DNA of 33,174 nucleotides, from NCBI GenBank assembly GCA_036397475.1, contig DASWIV010000148.1, positions 1 through 33,174 of the forward strand, written 5' to 3'. The position numbers and the translations under genes are program-made. The stretch is from a bacterium (GTDB lineage Bacteria > JAJVIF01 > JAPKYR01). Below, piece by piece: positions 1 through 9,385 of this stretch; the first letter of the stretch is position 1, and each line of letters opens with the position of its first letter. The notes under the pieces are model-generated. The model saw only the letters and a list, made by a program, of their open reading frames with translations. It ran no database searches and had not been told where the DNA came from.

Positions 1-13
1 AATTAAAACTCTT

Positions 14-793
14 TTGCCATTACCAAAGGAAGAAACTATCTTCAACTACGATAGTTATGATATCGGTTACACTCCTGAAACAGATTCTACATACAGTTCT
101 TTTTGGATGAAATTGGATGAATCGAGTGATATTAATCATCCGCGAAATATATTGCGGCGCATAATTAGTCTTCTATCTTATAATGAATTTGAAGCAATAG
201 AAATTGCAGGTGAATCAGGCAATAAAAGTCAATACAAGATGAACATAGGAAAGTCAATTTACAAAGGCTATTCCCATTTGCGATTTAGCGATTATAAATT
301 TTCTACTTTGCAAATCAATCTTAATTCTATCCAAGCTACTGCTATTGCTATTTTTAGGAATGCACTTATTAATAACAGTCCCCCTCTTAAATTTGTGGAG
401 TATTCGAGAATTTTAATGCTTCAACTGCCAAGAAATAGTCAAGGTACACCTTTTATGCAATATATAAATAACGTTATAGAGCAAGTGTTAAATGGTGAGC
501 TTACACCATTCAAAGGATGGGCGCATTACCAAATTAAGGAACATGCCAAAATACATGAAAATATTGGAAGATACCTATGGGAAAGTTGCAGATCTGCTGC
601 CGCACACACAAGCCTAGACGGAGATTTTGCTAATCCTGATGATGTCGCAGATAATGGTAGATATTGGCATGCACTTGCAATCATGGAATGGCTAGCTTGT
701 TATTACATAGAAAATACACTGAACTTGCAAAGAAATCCGCAATGGCAAAAAATAGAATTGCCCCTAGAATATTACGAATCTCCGATTGCATAA
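14..793 (+). CDS. hypothetical protein in an AT-rich, foreign-looking segment; possibly MauJ-like family; 5' end may lie outside the window
   Basis: The ORF is open from the window edge, with no in-frame stop upstream of position 14, and the listed start is TTG. The segment is visibly AT-richer than the rest of the window. C-terminal features (IGRYLWESCRSAAAHT...NPDD) resemble what I recall of MauJ-like proteins; this is unverified. Confidence 0.55.
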   Translation: MPLPKEETIFNYDSYDIGYTPETDSTYSSFWMKLDESSDINHPRNILRRIISLLSYNEFEAIEIAGESGNKSQYKMNIGKSIYKGYSHLRFSDYKFSTLQINLNSIQATAIAIFRNALINNSPPLKFVEYSRILMLQLPRNSQGTPFMQYINNVIEQVLNGELTPFKGWAHYQIKEHAKIHENIGRYLWESCRSAAAHTSLDGDFANPDDVADNGRYWHALAIMEWLACYYIENTLNLQRNPQWQKIELPLEYYESPIA

Positions 794-817
794 GGTCATT
801 AAAATAGACTAACTATC

Positions 818-1192
818 ATGTTCTCCTCATCCACAACCCGACTCGTACTCCTCGTCAAAGACTTCCGGAAGTCCCTCCATTTTTACCGCGACCTTCTCAA
901 TCTCACCCCCTCTTACCCTCCCTCCGAAAACTGGGTCGAGTTCAAGATCGGCGACCTCCTCCTGTGCCTCCATGGACCGTGGGACGGCATGCCCTACAAT
1001 TTAAACGATTTCGCGCGATCCCCCGACGAACTCCTGTTCCGTGTAGATGACATACAAAAAGCGACGGACTTTTTAACCGCCGCCGGAATTGAAGTCTCCG
1101 AGCCGCATAATCCGTCGCCTGAAATTGTCGTTGTAGAAATCTCCGATCCCGACGGTCGCCGCATCGGAATCGAATCAATGGTTAAATCCTAG
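818..1192 (+). CDS. VOC family protein (glyoxalase/bleomycin-resistance/dioxygenase fold)
   Basis: 124 aa. It has the typical single-module VOC layout: N-terminal LVLLVKDFRKSLHFYRDLL and C-terminal EISDPDGRRIGIES. Confidence 0.8.
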   Translation: MFSSSTTRLVLLVKDFRKSLHFYRDLLNLTPSYPPSENWVEFKIGDLLLCLHGPWDGMPYNLNDFARSPDELLFRVDDIQKATDFLTAAGIEVSEPHNPSPEIVVVEISDPDGRRIGIESMVKS

Positions 1193-1788
1193 AGAATTTC
1201 AGTGCCGTCGATATCGATGGTCCACTCGAATTCCCCTTCGATCTCGGTACCATCGGGATATGTGTACCTGTAGCGCACAAACCTGGAAAAATCGCCCTTC
1301 ATTACCGGAACAGTCCCGGACTCATCGACAGACAATCCGAATGAATCGGTCGTGGTGATAAGGTACACATCGCCGTACGAAGTCTCTGTCGTGTTGGAAC
1401 CCCAGAAAATAGTGCCGTACTTATGGCTGTAGAATTGCCATCCCTGGACAGTCGCGCCTAAATACGGGTATGAATCGTAGGCGAATGTTACTTCAACCTT
1501 GGTCTTCGACGCATTGCAGTTGAAGATCTTGATGTTGATATCTCCATCGGAATTGAACTGGTAGTATCCACCTGGATAGGTAATTAAATTTTCGGTATCG
1601 AAATTTCTCTCGCAGTCCCATCCCGGATTCTCGAGGACATCGTTGGGTCCCATGGTCAGGAGCCGCTCGGGATTCGCCTGGATATCTTCCGGTGTGATTC
1701 CCGGGTCGGTCGGTGTGCCTGATGAACAGCTTACGCCTAAAATCAGTGCCAGTAGCAGGAACGGAAAGAAGTAGTTTCTCGGCTTCAT
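1189..1788 (-). CDS. lipoprotein, function unknown
   Basis: Signal peptide ending in a lipobox-like LGVSC. AGGAGG lies 8 nt upstream of the ATG. The gene is convergent with the VOC gene, with overlapping stop codons. Confidence 0.75.
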   Translation of the reverse strand: MKPRNYFFPFLLLALILGVSCSSGTPTDPGITPEDIQANPERLLTMGPNDVLENPGWDCERNFDTENLITYPGGYYQFNSDGDINIKIFNCNASKTKVEVTFAYDSYPYLGATVQGWQFYSHKYGTIFWGSNTTETSYGDVYLITTTDSFGLSVDESGTVPVMKGDFSRFVRYRYTYPDGTEIEGEFEWTIDIDGTEIL

Positions 1789-1898
1789 GTGTGTTGCCTC
1801 CTGTGTTGTATATGTGGAATTACCCGAAAATTGTATTAAATGAATGACAATTCGTCAACCGTAATAATGAATCCGATCTTCCCGAAAGCTGACTAAAG

Positions 1899-1925
1899 AA
1901 AAAATCCCGCACTCGACATGCGGGA
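1899..1925 (-). terminator. rho-independent terminator (minus strand)
   Basis: 7-bp stem TCCCGCA/TGCGGGA (1905-1911 and 1919-1925). On the minus strand it is followed by a U-run (plus-strand A-run 1899-1904). It lies just downstream of the small ORF ending at 1951. Confidence 0.5.
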
Positions 1926-1950
1926 ACCATGTGTTTCATTACAGAAAACT

Positions 1951-2115
1951 TTAATCCGGGACTCTTTCAAACCACGACGAAAAGTCCGTACAAACCTGGT
2001 CGTCGAACATTACTAATCCGGCTTCCCGCTTCCTGAACATCTCGATGGCTACCTCCACCAGGCCGGCACCAGTAACTGTGAGAATTGCGATACCGATAAT
2101 GTAAATTAACAACAT
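1951..2115 (-). CDS. small membrane protein (54 aa), hypothetical
   Basis: One hydrophobic helix (LLIYIIGIAILTVTGAGLV). I chose the internal ATG at 2115 because GGAGG lies 7 nt upstream. A terminator follows. Confidence 0.35.
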   Translation of the reverse strand: MLLIYIIGIAILTVTGAGLVEVAIEMFRKREAGLVMFDDQVCTDFSSWFERVPD

Positions 2116-2237
2116 TCCTTTACCTCCGTGCATTAAGAGACGTCATTACTCATCAAGAGACCGGGTAAACTTCACTCCCAGCCCTTAAATCAGACACGCC
2201 AAATCCTGTAAAGTTTAGAAATAATGGGAAAACGTCA

Positions 2238-2645
2238 TTAAAAACCTGCCCAGTTCCTCTTGACCTTCTTCTTCTTCACATGCTCAGGCAGGTCGAGATA
2301 GATGCCTTTCTGAATATTATCCGGACGCATCGCCTTTTTTTCCACGATATCGTAGCTGTCCTCGACCAGGTGCACCAGGTTGTGGTGTTCCCTTGTCATG
2401 AGGACCAGGTTTCCAGGCGTTTCATCGTTCATTTTCCTGCTGCGATGATGAACTACCATCCCGTTATACTCGTAACCGTCCACAAACAGCGCTATTCCAT
2501 GAACCTGCACATAATGATGCCCGTCCCATACCACTACACTGGATTTTTTGCCCTTTGTGAAAAATCGGAGAAATCTCGACATGATGATGTCGGTCACTTC
2601 CCCTAAATCGGAGAACCATGCAATTATATTTCTAAGTACAATCAT
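2238..2645 (-). CDS. HNH endonuclease domain protein
   Basis: HNH-type motif VVHHRSRKMNDETPGNLVLMTREHHNLVH. It is small and stand-alone. The start is uncertain (M1 at 2645 or M22 at 2582). Confidence 0.7.
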   Translation of the reverse strand: MIVLRNIIAWFSDLGEVTDIIMSRFLRFFTKGKKSSVVVWDGHHYVQVHGIALFVDGYEYNGMVVHHRSRKMNDETPGNLVLMTREHHNLVHLVEDSYDIVEKKAMRPDNIQKGIYLDLPEHVKKKKVKRNWAGF

Positions 2646-2799
2646 CGGGACGTGTCGGGAGTCAAGCCAAAAGGTTCAATCGGGAGTTATATTTAATTAT
2701 AACATCAAGTATACGACCGGAAAATGGCTCAATTCCTTTTAATGCCTGCTTTTCTTCGAGTTCCATCAGGATTAATGGGTTAACCTGCATTATTTACAC

Positions 2800-2827
2800 T
2801 TGACAATGCAAAAGCCCGCGCTAATCT
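2800..2827 (+). promoter_or_regulatory. sigma70-like promoter candidate for the lipoprotein gene
   Basis: TTGACA (2800-2805), 16-nt spacer, TAATCT (2822-2827), about 30 nt upstream of the ATG at 2858. Confidence 0.4.
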
Positions 2828-2857
2828 GTTACCCGTACAATTCTTTATAAAAAGGAA

Positions 2858-3508
2858 ATGAAGATGAAAGCAGTGAAATTCTTAGTCTATACCATGTTCG
2901 TTGCGCTGATCGTTGGGTCCTTCGCATGCGATAACAAGGAGCCCGGCGAAGATCCCGCGCATACGCAACAAGGCGTCACGGAAACTGATTCGGACACCGG
3001 AATGTCCGATGCCGATTCCATTACAGGCGAAACCCCGGTAGAGTCTCCTGGCGGCGACGAAACGGTCTCAACCGTTAAAACGGAAGACAACACAACCACA
3101 GTCACAATAGAGGATGAATCCGGCAATACGGTAGTCCAGAACAGCGACGGCGGTTCAACGATGGCGCCTGACGGCGGGCAGAAAATCTATACTTCCCCTG
3201 GAAAACTTCCCGAGGGCTGGCCCGAAGATATTCCAATAATTGAAGGACTTGAAATATTAAACGGTACAGCGATAACAATTGATGAAACCACAAGATTGAT
3301 AGTCGAGATCCAGGCGGACGGCATGGCTCTTCAGGATATCCTTGATTCTTACCTTGCACTTTCAGGATGGGAGCGGGATATGGATCAGCCCTATACCAGC
3401 ACGAGTGACAATCTTAATATCCAGCTGATAAATGGCGACAGGAAGCTCACCATTTCAGGAGTATGGGACGGCACGTCTTCAAGGGTTACATTCATCCATG
3501 AGGGATGA
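2858..3508 (+). CDS. lipoprotein with acidic low-complexity linker, function unknown
   Basis: Signal peptide with Cys (LIVGSFAC), then a D/E/T/S-rich linker and a globular C-terminal part. Confidence 0.7.
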   Translation: MKMKAVKFLVYTMFVALIVGSFACDNKEPGEDPAHTQQGVTETDSDTGMSDADSITGETPVESPGGDETVSTVKTEDNTTTVTIEDESGNTVVQNSDGGSTMAPDGGQKIYTSPGKLPEGWPEDIPIIEGLEILNGTAITIDETTRLIVEIQADGMALQDILDSYLALSGWERDMDQPYTSTSDNLNIQLINGDRKLTISGVWDGTSSRVTFIHEG

Positions 3509-3512
3509 CCGA

Positions 3513-4826
3513 TTATTCTTTCTCGATCAGATCGATAAGTAATTTCGCGGACTCACCTGGAGGATCGTCCTTTATGGTGAGTCTTCTTATATCCGCGAGT
3601 TCCTGCCTCATATGTCCCGCGACCGCGGGATCATCAAGAAGCTCGGTGCATGCGACGTAAAGGTTCGGAAGATTAAAATTCGACTGGATTAATTCCTTCA
3701 CAACTTCCCGTCCTGCCAGCAGGTTTGGAAATGCGTAGAACGGGAGATCCTGGAAGAATTTTCTGCCGATCTTTTCCATCCATTCGCTGGTGATCTTGTA
3801 AAAAGTTACTGCCGGGACAGCCATCAGGAGCGCCAGCTGCACACTGGTCCCCGACTTCACTATCATCAGGTCGGCTTCGTTCATGAGATCGTAGCAATCA
3901 TCGGGCACAAAGAATATTCTGGATGAAACACTGCCAAAGCCTTCCCTGATAACCGACTCGAGCTTTGGCGACGGCACCGGGCAGAAGAACCACAGGTCCG
4001 GATACCTCTTATCCAGGCGCTCTACCGTCTCTCTCAGAACGGGAATATGATATTTCAGTTCGTGGAGCCGGCTTCCGGGAGCGATGCAGATCAGGCGTTT
4101 GCCATCGATCTCGGACGAGTACTTTTCAAGGTATTTCCGCTTTTCAACATATTCCTTGATAATAGGCATCAACGGATGCCCGATATACCTGAAATTCACT
4201 CCCGCATTTTCATAGTGGTTGAGGTTGAACGGATAAGCGACAAGGCAGAGGTCGCACAATTCTGACATGGCGTCGAACCTGTCCCTCGCCGATTTTTTCA
4301 TTCCGGGTATTTTGCGAGCGGTATCGACTGCAGCGTTGATGGCTTTCCTTTCGGCGGTCTTTTTATCCCCGGTCCACCATAGTACAGGTGAAATATAATA
4401 AGCCGTCTTCTGCCTCGCCCCGTCCGGATGAGTCCTGACATCCTTCAAAAGCGACATATTGAACGACCGGTAATCGACCGTTATCACCAGGTCCGGTTTC
4501 TCGATGAAAATCCTCTTCTTCATTCGCTTTTTTGCCGCCAGAAGCTGCGGAAGAATTTTGATTCCCTCAAATATCCCCATTGCGCCCCAGTATGTGGTGT
4601 CTTCCCATATCTCCGCGCCCGCGTCCTTGAGGTGCGACGCGCCCGCTGCAGCGAATCTCAATGGTGGAGCATCGGGATGCCGGTTTCTCCATTCTTCCTG
4701 CAGCCTAGGGAGCAGATGCGACGCGTGCATGTCCCCGGACAGGTCGCCGGTTGAAAAAAGAATCAGGGGAGATTTTCCGGTTGATGATTGTTCTGGCTGG
4801 CTATGGTCGGAAGCTGGCAGTGGCAT
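3513..4826 (-). CDS. lpxB: lipid-A-disaccharide synthase
   Basis: N-terminal STGDLSGDMHASHL (GE/D-SGD motif). YISPVLWWT, APGSR and the near-invariant PNLLAGREVVKELIQ block match E. coli LpxB from memory. It is the last gene of the lpx operon. Confidence 0.9.
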   Translation of the reverse strand: MPLPASDHSQPEQSSTGKSPLILFSTGDLSGDMHASHLLPRLQEEWRNRHPDAPPLRFAAAGASHLKDAGAEIWEDTTYWGAMGIFEGIKILPQLLAAKKRMKKRIFIEKPDLVITVDYRSFNMSLLKDVRTHPDGARQKTAYYISPVLWWTGDKKTAERKAINAAVDTARKIPGMKKSARDRFDAMSELCDLCLVAYPFNLNHYENAGVNFRYIGHPLMPIIKEYVEKRKYLEKYSSEIDGKRLICIAPGSRLHELKYHIPVLRETVERLDKRYPDLWFFCPVPSPKLESVIREGFGSVSSRIFFVPDDCYDLMNEADLMIVKSGTSVQLALLMAVPAVTFYKITSEWMEKIGRKFFQDLPFYAFPNLLAGREVVKELIQSNFNLPNLYVACTELLDDPAVAGHMRQELADIRRLTIKDDPPGESAKLLIDLIEKE

Positions 4827-4889
4827 TATTCGGGATATGAAATTTTTTTGACGCTTCTGACCATCAGTGCGGCCGCGATGCTGTTTCAG

Positions 4890-5876
4890 CTAAATATCCT
4901 TGCCCTTGGCAAGCATTTCCGGACGAAAATCGAGTGCTCCTTCGCCCTTGATCTTGATTGGAAGATGGACCTGGCTGGACGTTACCGCAGCGAGTGCCAC
5001 TCCGAGTGCGTGGACGGAAGCGTCGCCGCCTATGTGTGGCTCTTTTCCATTGTTTATGCAGCTGTAAAATTCAACGATCTCTTCTTTAAGCGGTTCCGCT
5101 CTCTTGACCGGTATTTCATACGCGGCGTTATCGTCATAGACGATCAGGCTCTGGTCTATGAAATCAATCAACACGAATCCGGCTTCAAACGTCGCGAATA
5201 ATTTCCGCGCCTTGATGTTGGAGAGCCATGATGTCTCGATATGTCCCGAGCCACCGGACTCAAATGAGAGTGAAATAGATGCGGTGTCTTCGTAGTGATG
5301 GATGGTGCTGGATGCAGTACAGTAAACTTCCCTTATCTTCTCGCCCGAAACATACGACATGATGTCGATATCATGGCAGCCTAGGTCGATGATTATGCCG
5401 GTATCGACAATTCTCTTCGGGTACGGCGCGACACGCAGTGTGCTGATCGAAACAAGATTCCCGAGCCGTCCGGTCCCGATAAGCTTGATAAGTTCTCCGA
5501 TGGCGGGATTGAATCTCTCGATATGCCCGACCATAAGTGTCACTCCGGCATTGTTAGCGCTGCGGATGATGTCCTGGGCGTGCTCGACAGTGTCGGCTAT
5601 CGGTTTCTCGATCAGTAAATGGATACCCTGATCGATCACAGTCGACGCGATCTCGTGGTGGATGAAGGTAGGCACCACGACATGAACGGCGTCCAGTCCC
5701 TGTGAGAATAATTCACCGGGTTTGTAGAAAGGTATGGAATTGAAACTGGACGCGACCTCGTCGGCAGTTTGCCGATTTGTATCGCAAACGCCAACCAGGT
5801 CGATCCCGGGCATCTCATTGAGAACCCTCGCGTGGTTCCTGCCCATTACCCCTACACCTATCACACCAACTCTCAT
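4890..5876 (-). CDS. Gfo/Idh/MocA family NAD(P)-dependent oxidoreductase (possible GnnA-like UDP-GlcNAc 3-dehydrogenase)
   Basis: N-terminal Rossmann motif MRVGVIGVGVMGRNHARVL and an EKP motif (LLIEKPIA). It sits between lpxA and lpxB. Confidence 0.85.
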   Translation of the reverse strand: MRVGVIGVGVMGRNHARVLNEMPGIDLVGVCDTNRQTADEVASSFNSIPFYKPGELFSQGLDAVHVVVPTFIHHEIASTVIDQGIHLLIEKPIADTVEHAQDIIRSANNAGVTLMVGHIERFNPAIGELIKLIGTGRLGNLVSISTLRVAPYPKRIVDTGIIIDLGCHDIDIMSYVSGEKIREVYCTASSTIHHYEDTASISLSFESGGSGHIETSWLSNIKARKLFATFEAGFVLIDFIDQSLIVYDDNAAYEIPVKRAEPLKEEIVEFYSCINNGKEPHIGGDASVHALGVALAAVTSSQVHLPIKIKGEGALDFRPEMLAKGKDI

Positions 5877-5968
5877 GACAAATGTCCTTTTCAGCTGCCG
5901 GATTCTTCTATTATTAACATCAGGCAGCCGCGTGATTTATTCCCATCCCAATGGGATTTAATACATTT

Positions 5969-6811
5969 TTATACTTCGACAGCATTGCTGTCGCTTTCAT
6001 CCTTTTCCTCTTCTCCCCTTAAAAGAAAGCCCTTTACTCCGGTTGAAACTCCACGTTTGCTTGTTTTGAAAAATTCGATTATGTGCTCAATCTCCGGGGT
6101 CCTGTCCAGGTCCCTTTCGATCTTGCTCAAGCCGTCATGGAAATTTATCCCCGATCGATAGAGTATTCTGTACGCCTGCCGAATAAGCTGACGTGTCTCG
6201 ATTGGTATGCCCGCGCGCTTTAATCCGATCGTGTTCAGGCCATGTACCTTCGCGGGCGGCGATCCGGCGGTGAGCATGTACGGCGGCGCGTCCTTACGCA
6301 TACCCGCGAATCCACCCACCATCGCATAGGTGCCAACCCTTAAAAACTGGTGAAGTCCGGCTCCGCCACCGAGTGTCGCGTAATCCTCGATCGTGCAATG
6401 GCCACCCATCGCCACTCCGCTTGCCATCACGACATGGTTGCCAACCCTGCAGTCATGCGCAATATGCGTGTAACTCATCAGGAAAACTCTCGATCCTATA
6501 ATTGTCGCGCCCGACGCTTTCGTCCCACGGTTGATTGTGCAGTATTCCCGGATAACCGACTCTTCTCCGACTTCGCAGATTGTCTCCGCGCCATCGTACT
6601 TGTAATCCTGCGGCTCGGTCCCGATAATTGCACCGGGAAAAATTCTCGCTCCCTTTTTAATAGTCGTATTTGGCCCAATAATTACATTCGGGCCAAGCTC
6701 CACACCTGACTCAATCGAAGCATTTCGACCAATTACTACACCTGGTCCTATTTCAGCATCATCGGCTATCTTCGCCGTGGAATCGATCTCTGTCCGGGGA
6801 TGAATTGCCAT
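5969..6811 (-). CDS. lpxA: acyl-ACP--UDP-N-acetylglucosamine O-acyltransferase
   Basis: Hexapeptide-repeat beta-helix followed by the LpxA helical C-domain. Matching blocks are HIAHDCRVGN, VGGFAGMRKDAPPY, GLNTIGLKRAG and AYRILYRSG. Confidence 0.92.
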   Translation of the reverse strand: MAIHPRTEIDSTAKIADDAEIGPGVVIGRNASIESGVELGPNVIIGPNTTIKKGARIFPGAIIGTEPQDYKYDGAETICEVGEESVIREYCTINRGTKASGATIIGSRVFLMSYTHIAHDCRVGNHVVMASGVAMGGHCTIEDYATLGGGAGLHQFLRVGTYAMVGGFAGMRKDAPPYMLTAGSPPAKVHGLNTIGLKRAGIPIETRQLIRQAYRILYRSGINFHDGLSKIERDLDRTPEIEHIIEFFKTSKRGVSTGVKGFLLRGEEEKDESDSNAVEV

Positions 6812-6815
6812 CTTT

Positions 6816-7856
6816 TTATTTCTTCTCCCCCATTTTTCTGATTTGCTCTTCCAGTTCCTCGACTTTTTTTATCAACTCCGGAAGCCTGTTAGTCGCTGCC
6901 AGCAACTGGAGCGATTTCTTGTGGTCCCGTGCGGGATACCCGGACACCCTTGTTCCAGCCGCCACATGCCTGGTAACCCCCGCCTGTCCACCAACCATGC
7001 TTCCTTCGCCTATTTTTATTCCGTTCTGAAAGCCGGCCTGTCCGGCGATCACTACATTGGCTTCCACCATCACCCGTCCGCTCAGTCCTGCCTGCGCCGC
7101 GATCCTCGTGTGCTTCCCGATGCGGACGTTATGAGCGACCTGCACAAGATTGTCTATTTTTACATCGTCCTCGATGATCGTGGAATCCAGTGTCGCCCTG
7201 TCCACACTGCAGTTGGACCCGATCTCCACATCGTTGCCGATCACGACATTCCCGATCTGAGGGACCTTGTAATTTCTTTCATCCGTCGGCGTGTATCCGA
7301 ATCCGTCGCTCCCGATTACAGTTCCCGGGTGAATGATGCACCTGTTCCCGATAACGCAGTCATGTAGAACAGTTACGTTCGGAGACACCACGGTGTTATC
7401 ACCGATGCTCACATTTTTTCCGATATACGATCCGGCACCGACTCTTGTTCCGGCACCGATCCTGGCGTTTGCCTCTATCACCGCGAAAGGCCCTATGAGC
7501 GCCGTGTTATCGATCTCAGCCGTTTCATGGATCGAAGTATCGTGGTGAATTCCGGATTCTTCTTCCGTCTCCGCGTACATCCTCTGCAGAATTCTTGTGA
7601 ACGCAAGCCTCGGATTCTTATGCACAAGGAATGGAATGCTCAGAAACTCTACAGGCTTTTCAACTATCAAAGCCGCCGGCTGGTTCAATTCATCGGGGAA
7701 AGTCTCCGGCGACGGATCAAGCGCAAGCGCGATATATCCCGGCTTCGGAAAATCATACGAGCAAACACCGCTGATCGTGACATCCGCGTTCCCGCGTACT
7801 TCGCCTTCAGCGATATCCGCTAATTCCGACAGTTTGTATGTCCTGGTCTCAGTCAT
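6816..7856 (-). CDS. lpxD: UDP-3-O-acylglucosamine N-acyltransferase
   Basis: Blocks GSDGFGY, KVPQIGNVVIGNDVEIGSNCSVDRATLDSTII and VAHNVRIG match LpxD. I trimmed the start to the ATG at 7856 (MTETRTYKLSELA), which overlaps the upstream gene's stop in ATGACTGA. The stop lies 4 nt before the lpxA start. Confidence 0.92.
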   Translation of the reverse strand: MTETRTYKLSELADIAEGEVRGNADVTISGVCSYDFPKPGYIALALDPSPETFPDELNQPAALIVEKPVEFLSIPFLVHKNPRLAFTRILQRMYAETEEESGIHHDTSIHETAEIDNTALIGPFAVIEANARIGAGTRVGAGSYIGKNVSIGDNTVVSPNVTVLHDCVIGNRCIIHPGTVIGSDGFGYTPTDERNYKVPQIGNVVIGNDVEIGSNCSVDRATLDSTIIEDDVKIDNLVQVAHNVRIGKHTRIAAQAGLSGRVMVEANVVIAGQAGFQNGIKIGEGSMVGGQAGVTRHVAAGTRVSGYPARDHKKSLQLLAATNRLPELIKKVEELEEQIRKMGEKK

Positions 7857-8874
7857 TTTTAAATAGTTCCAGCCTGGACTCCTCGATTTCGACCCACGAA
7901 TTGTCCCCGGCGCCATATGGCGAAATTTCCGGCGCCTGAATCGAACCAACCGACGAAGAGTGAATATTCCTGATCCTGTCGGCAATTTCCCGGATCAACC
8001 CCAGCTCCGATTCATTAAATCCGGATGCTCCGTCGGTGGTTTCTAATTCGTGAAGATAATCCTGGATAATTGCGTCCAATTCAGCCATGTACGATTCATT
8101 TATTGAGCCGTACGATTCCAACTGGTCGAGAACCGCGACTTCGCGCGTGAGCTGATACCTGTCGTACGCAGTGGAATACCTGTTGTTATTCGAGTTCGGG
8201 CTTATTCCAAGATACGATTTCAGCTCTTCGTTCGCCGTATTTCTTAACGCGGCTATCTCGTTCCTCAGATTCGTCTTTTCCTGGAGGTAAAGATCCTTTT
8301 TCTGCGAGTGCACGAGCAGTTCCGGATCGTCCTCGCGGTAAAACAGGACATCGCGCCCTACCGTGATCCACAACTGGTCATAAACTCTCTGCCTGAGATA
8401 CTCGTCATGTACCGATTCGGCAAGCCGCGTCAGGATATCTTCCGCGACGGCAGTTTCTTCTTCCACTTTATCCCACCACAACTGATCGGCTTCATCGAGT
8501 ACCGCGTTCAAACCCTCGGCCGACCCGCCGCCCGATTCGGATATTCCGGACGCGTACTGCATCTGGAATTCGATATCGTCGATTAATCCATTCTGAATCC
8601 TGTTGAATTCATACCCGGCATGACCGGTAACCCCCGTCTTGGAAGAAACTCCAGCTACGGGCGTCCCGGCAAGCTTCTCAAGCTCCGCGCCGCGAGCAGC
8701 CAAGAGGATATCCGTTGCAGCCGCGATATCGAGACTGACAACCTCAATATCGTCCGTCGCGGGAACCGGCGGGGTGACATCGAGAAGGTTCACGACCAGG
8801 ACAACCGCGAAAATCGCTGCCACGAAGATCGTGTAAAGAAAAATTCTCGATATGTCGAACCTTTTTTTCTTCAC
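7849..8874 (-). CDS. membrane-anchored, mostly helical periplasmic protein, function unknown
   Basis: GTG start sharing one nucleotide with the skp stop (TAGTG). N-terminal TM segment IFLYTIFVAAIFAVVLVVNLL. The stop overlaps the lpxD start. Confidence 0.65.
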   Translation of the reverse strand: MKKKRFDISRIFLYTIFVAAIFAVVLVVNLLDVTPPVPATDDIEVVSLDIAAATDILLAARGAELEKLAGTPVAGVSSKTGVTGHAGYEFNRIQNGLIDDIEFQMQYASGISESGGGSAEGLNAVLDEADQLWWDKVEEETAVAEDILTRLAESVHDEYLRQRVYDQLWITVGRDVLFYREDDPELLVHSQKKDLYLQEKTNLRNEIAALRNTANEELKSYLGISPNSNNNRYSTAYDRYQLTREVAVLDQLESYGSINESYMAELDAIIQDYLHELETTDGASGFNESELGLIREIADRIRNIHSSSVGSIQAPEISPYGAGDNSWVEIEESRLELFKND

Positions 8875-9338
8875 TATCCACCGCCGTTAATTCTATCGAT
8901 AACCAGTGGAGTCAGGTTCAGTCCGCCCCACATTACCGAGCCGGATTCCAGGATTATCTCTATCGACTGCGACTCTTCAGCCACATCCGCGGTCGCCTGA
9001 AGGATGTCATCTATCAATGGATTGGTAAGGCGGGTTCTCTCCTGGTCGACCTCAGCCTGAATCCTGTACAGATCTTCCATCATCTGACTGCGCTGTTCCG
9101 CAGTCAGTGTGCTTTGCGACGTGTACTGGTTGAGCTCTTCCTTTCTGCTGTCCTCGTAAACCTGTATCTGATCGAGAACGTTCTGCAGATCGGGATGAGC
9201 CTGAAGCGCGGCCTGGACATCGATGTATCCAACCGACGCGAAAGCCGACTGCGCGCGCACGGGAGCGATTATCATCCCAACCATTACTCCAACTGCAATG
9301 CATGATCCAAGTATCAGTGTCTTTACGTATCCGTTCAT
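8874..9338 (-). CDS. skp: OmpH/Skp family periplasmic chaperone
   Basis: Signal peptide, then VGYIDVQAALQAHPD and Q/E-rich coiled-coil arms typical of OmpH. The position between bamA and lpxD fits. I chose the start at ATG 9338 (MNGYVK), which has GGTGGAG upstream. Confidence 0.8.
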   Translation of the reverse strand: MNGYVKTLILGSCIAVGVMVGMIIAPVRAQSAFASVGYIDVQAALQAHPDLQNVLDQIQVYEDSRKEELNQYTSQSTLTAEQRSQMMEDLYRIQAEVDQERTRLTNPLIDDILQATADVAEESQSIEIILESGSVMWGGLNLTPLVIDRINGGG

Positions 9339-9385
9339 ATTGTTGTCATCTCCACCTGTTCCGTGAAATTGTTTTCGGAAACCCC

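Noticed and set aside
7857-7985. Longer LpxD start (389-aa ORF beginning at 7985)
   Set aside because: The extension overlaps the 3' end of the upstream gene and encodes an Arg-rich, non-LpxD-like peptide. The ATG at 7856 gives a canonical LpxD N-terminus and an ATGA-type coupling overlap.
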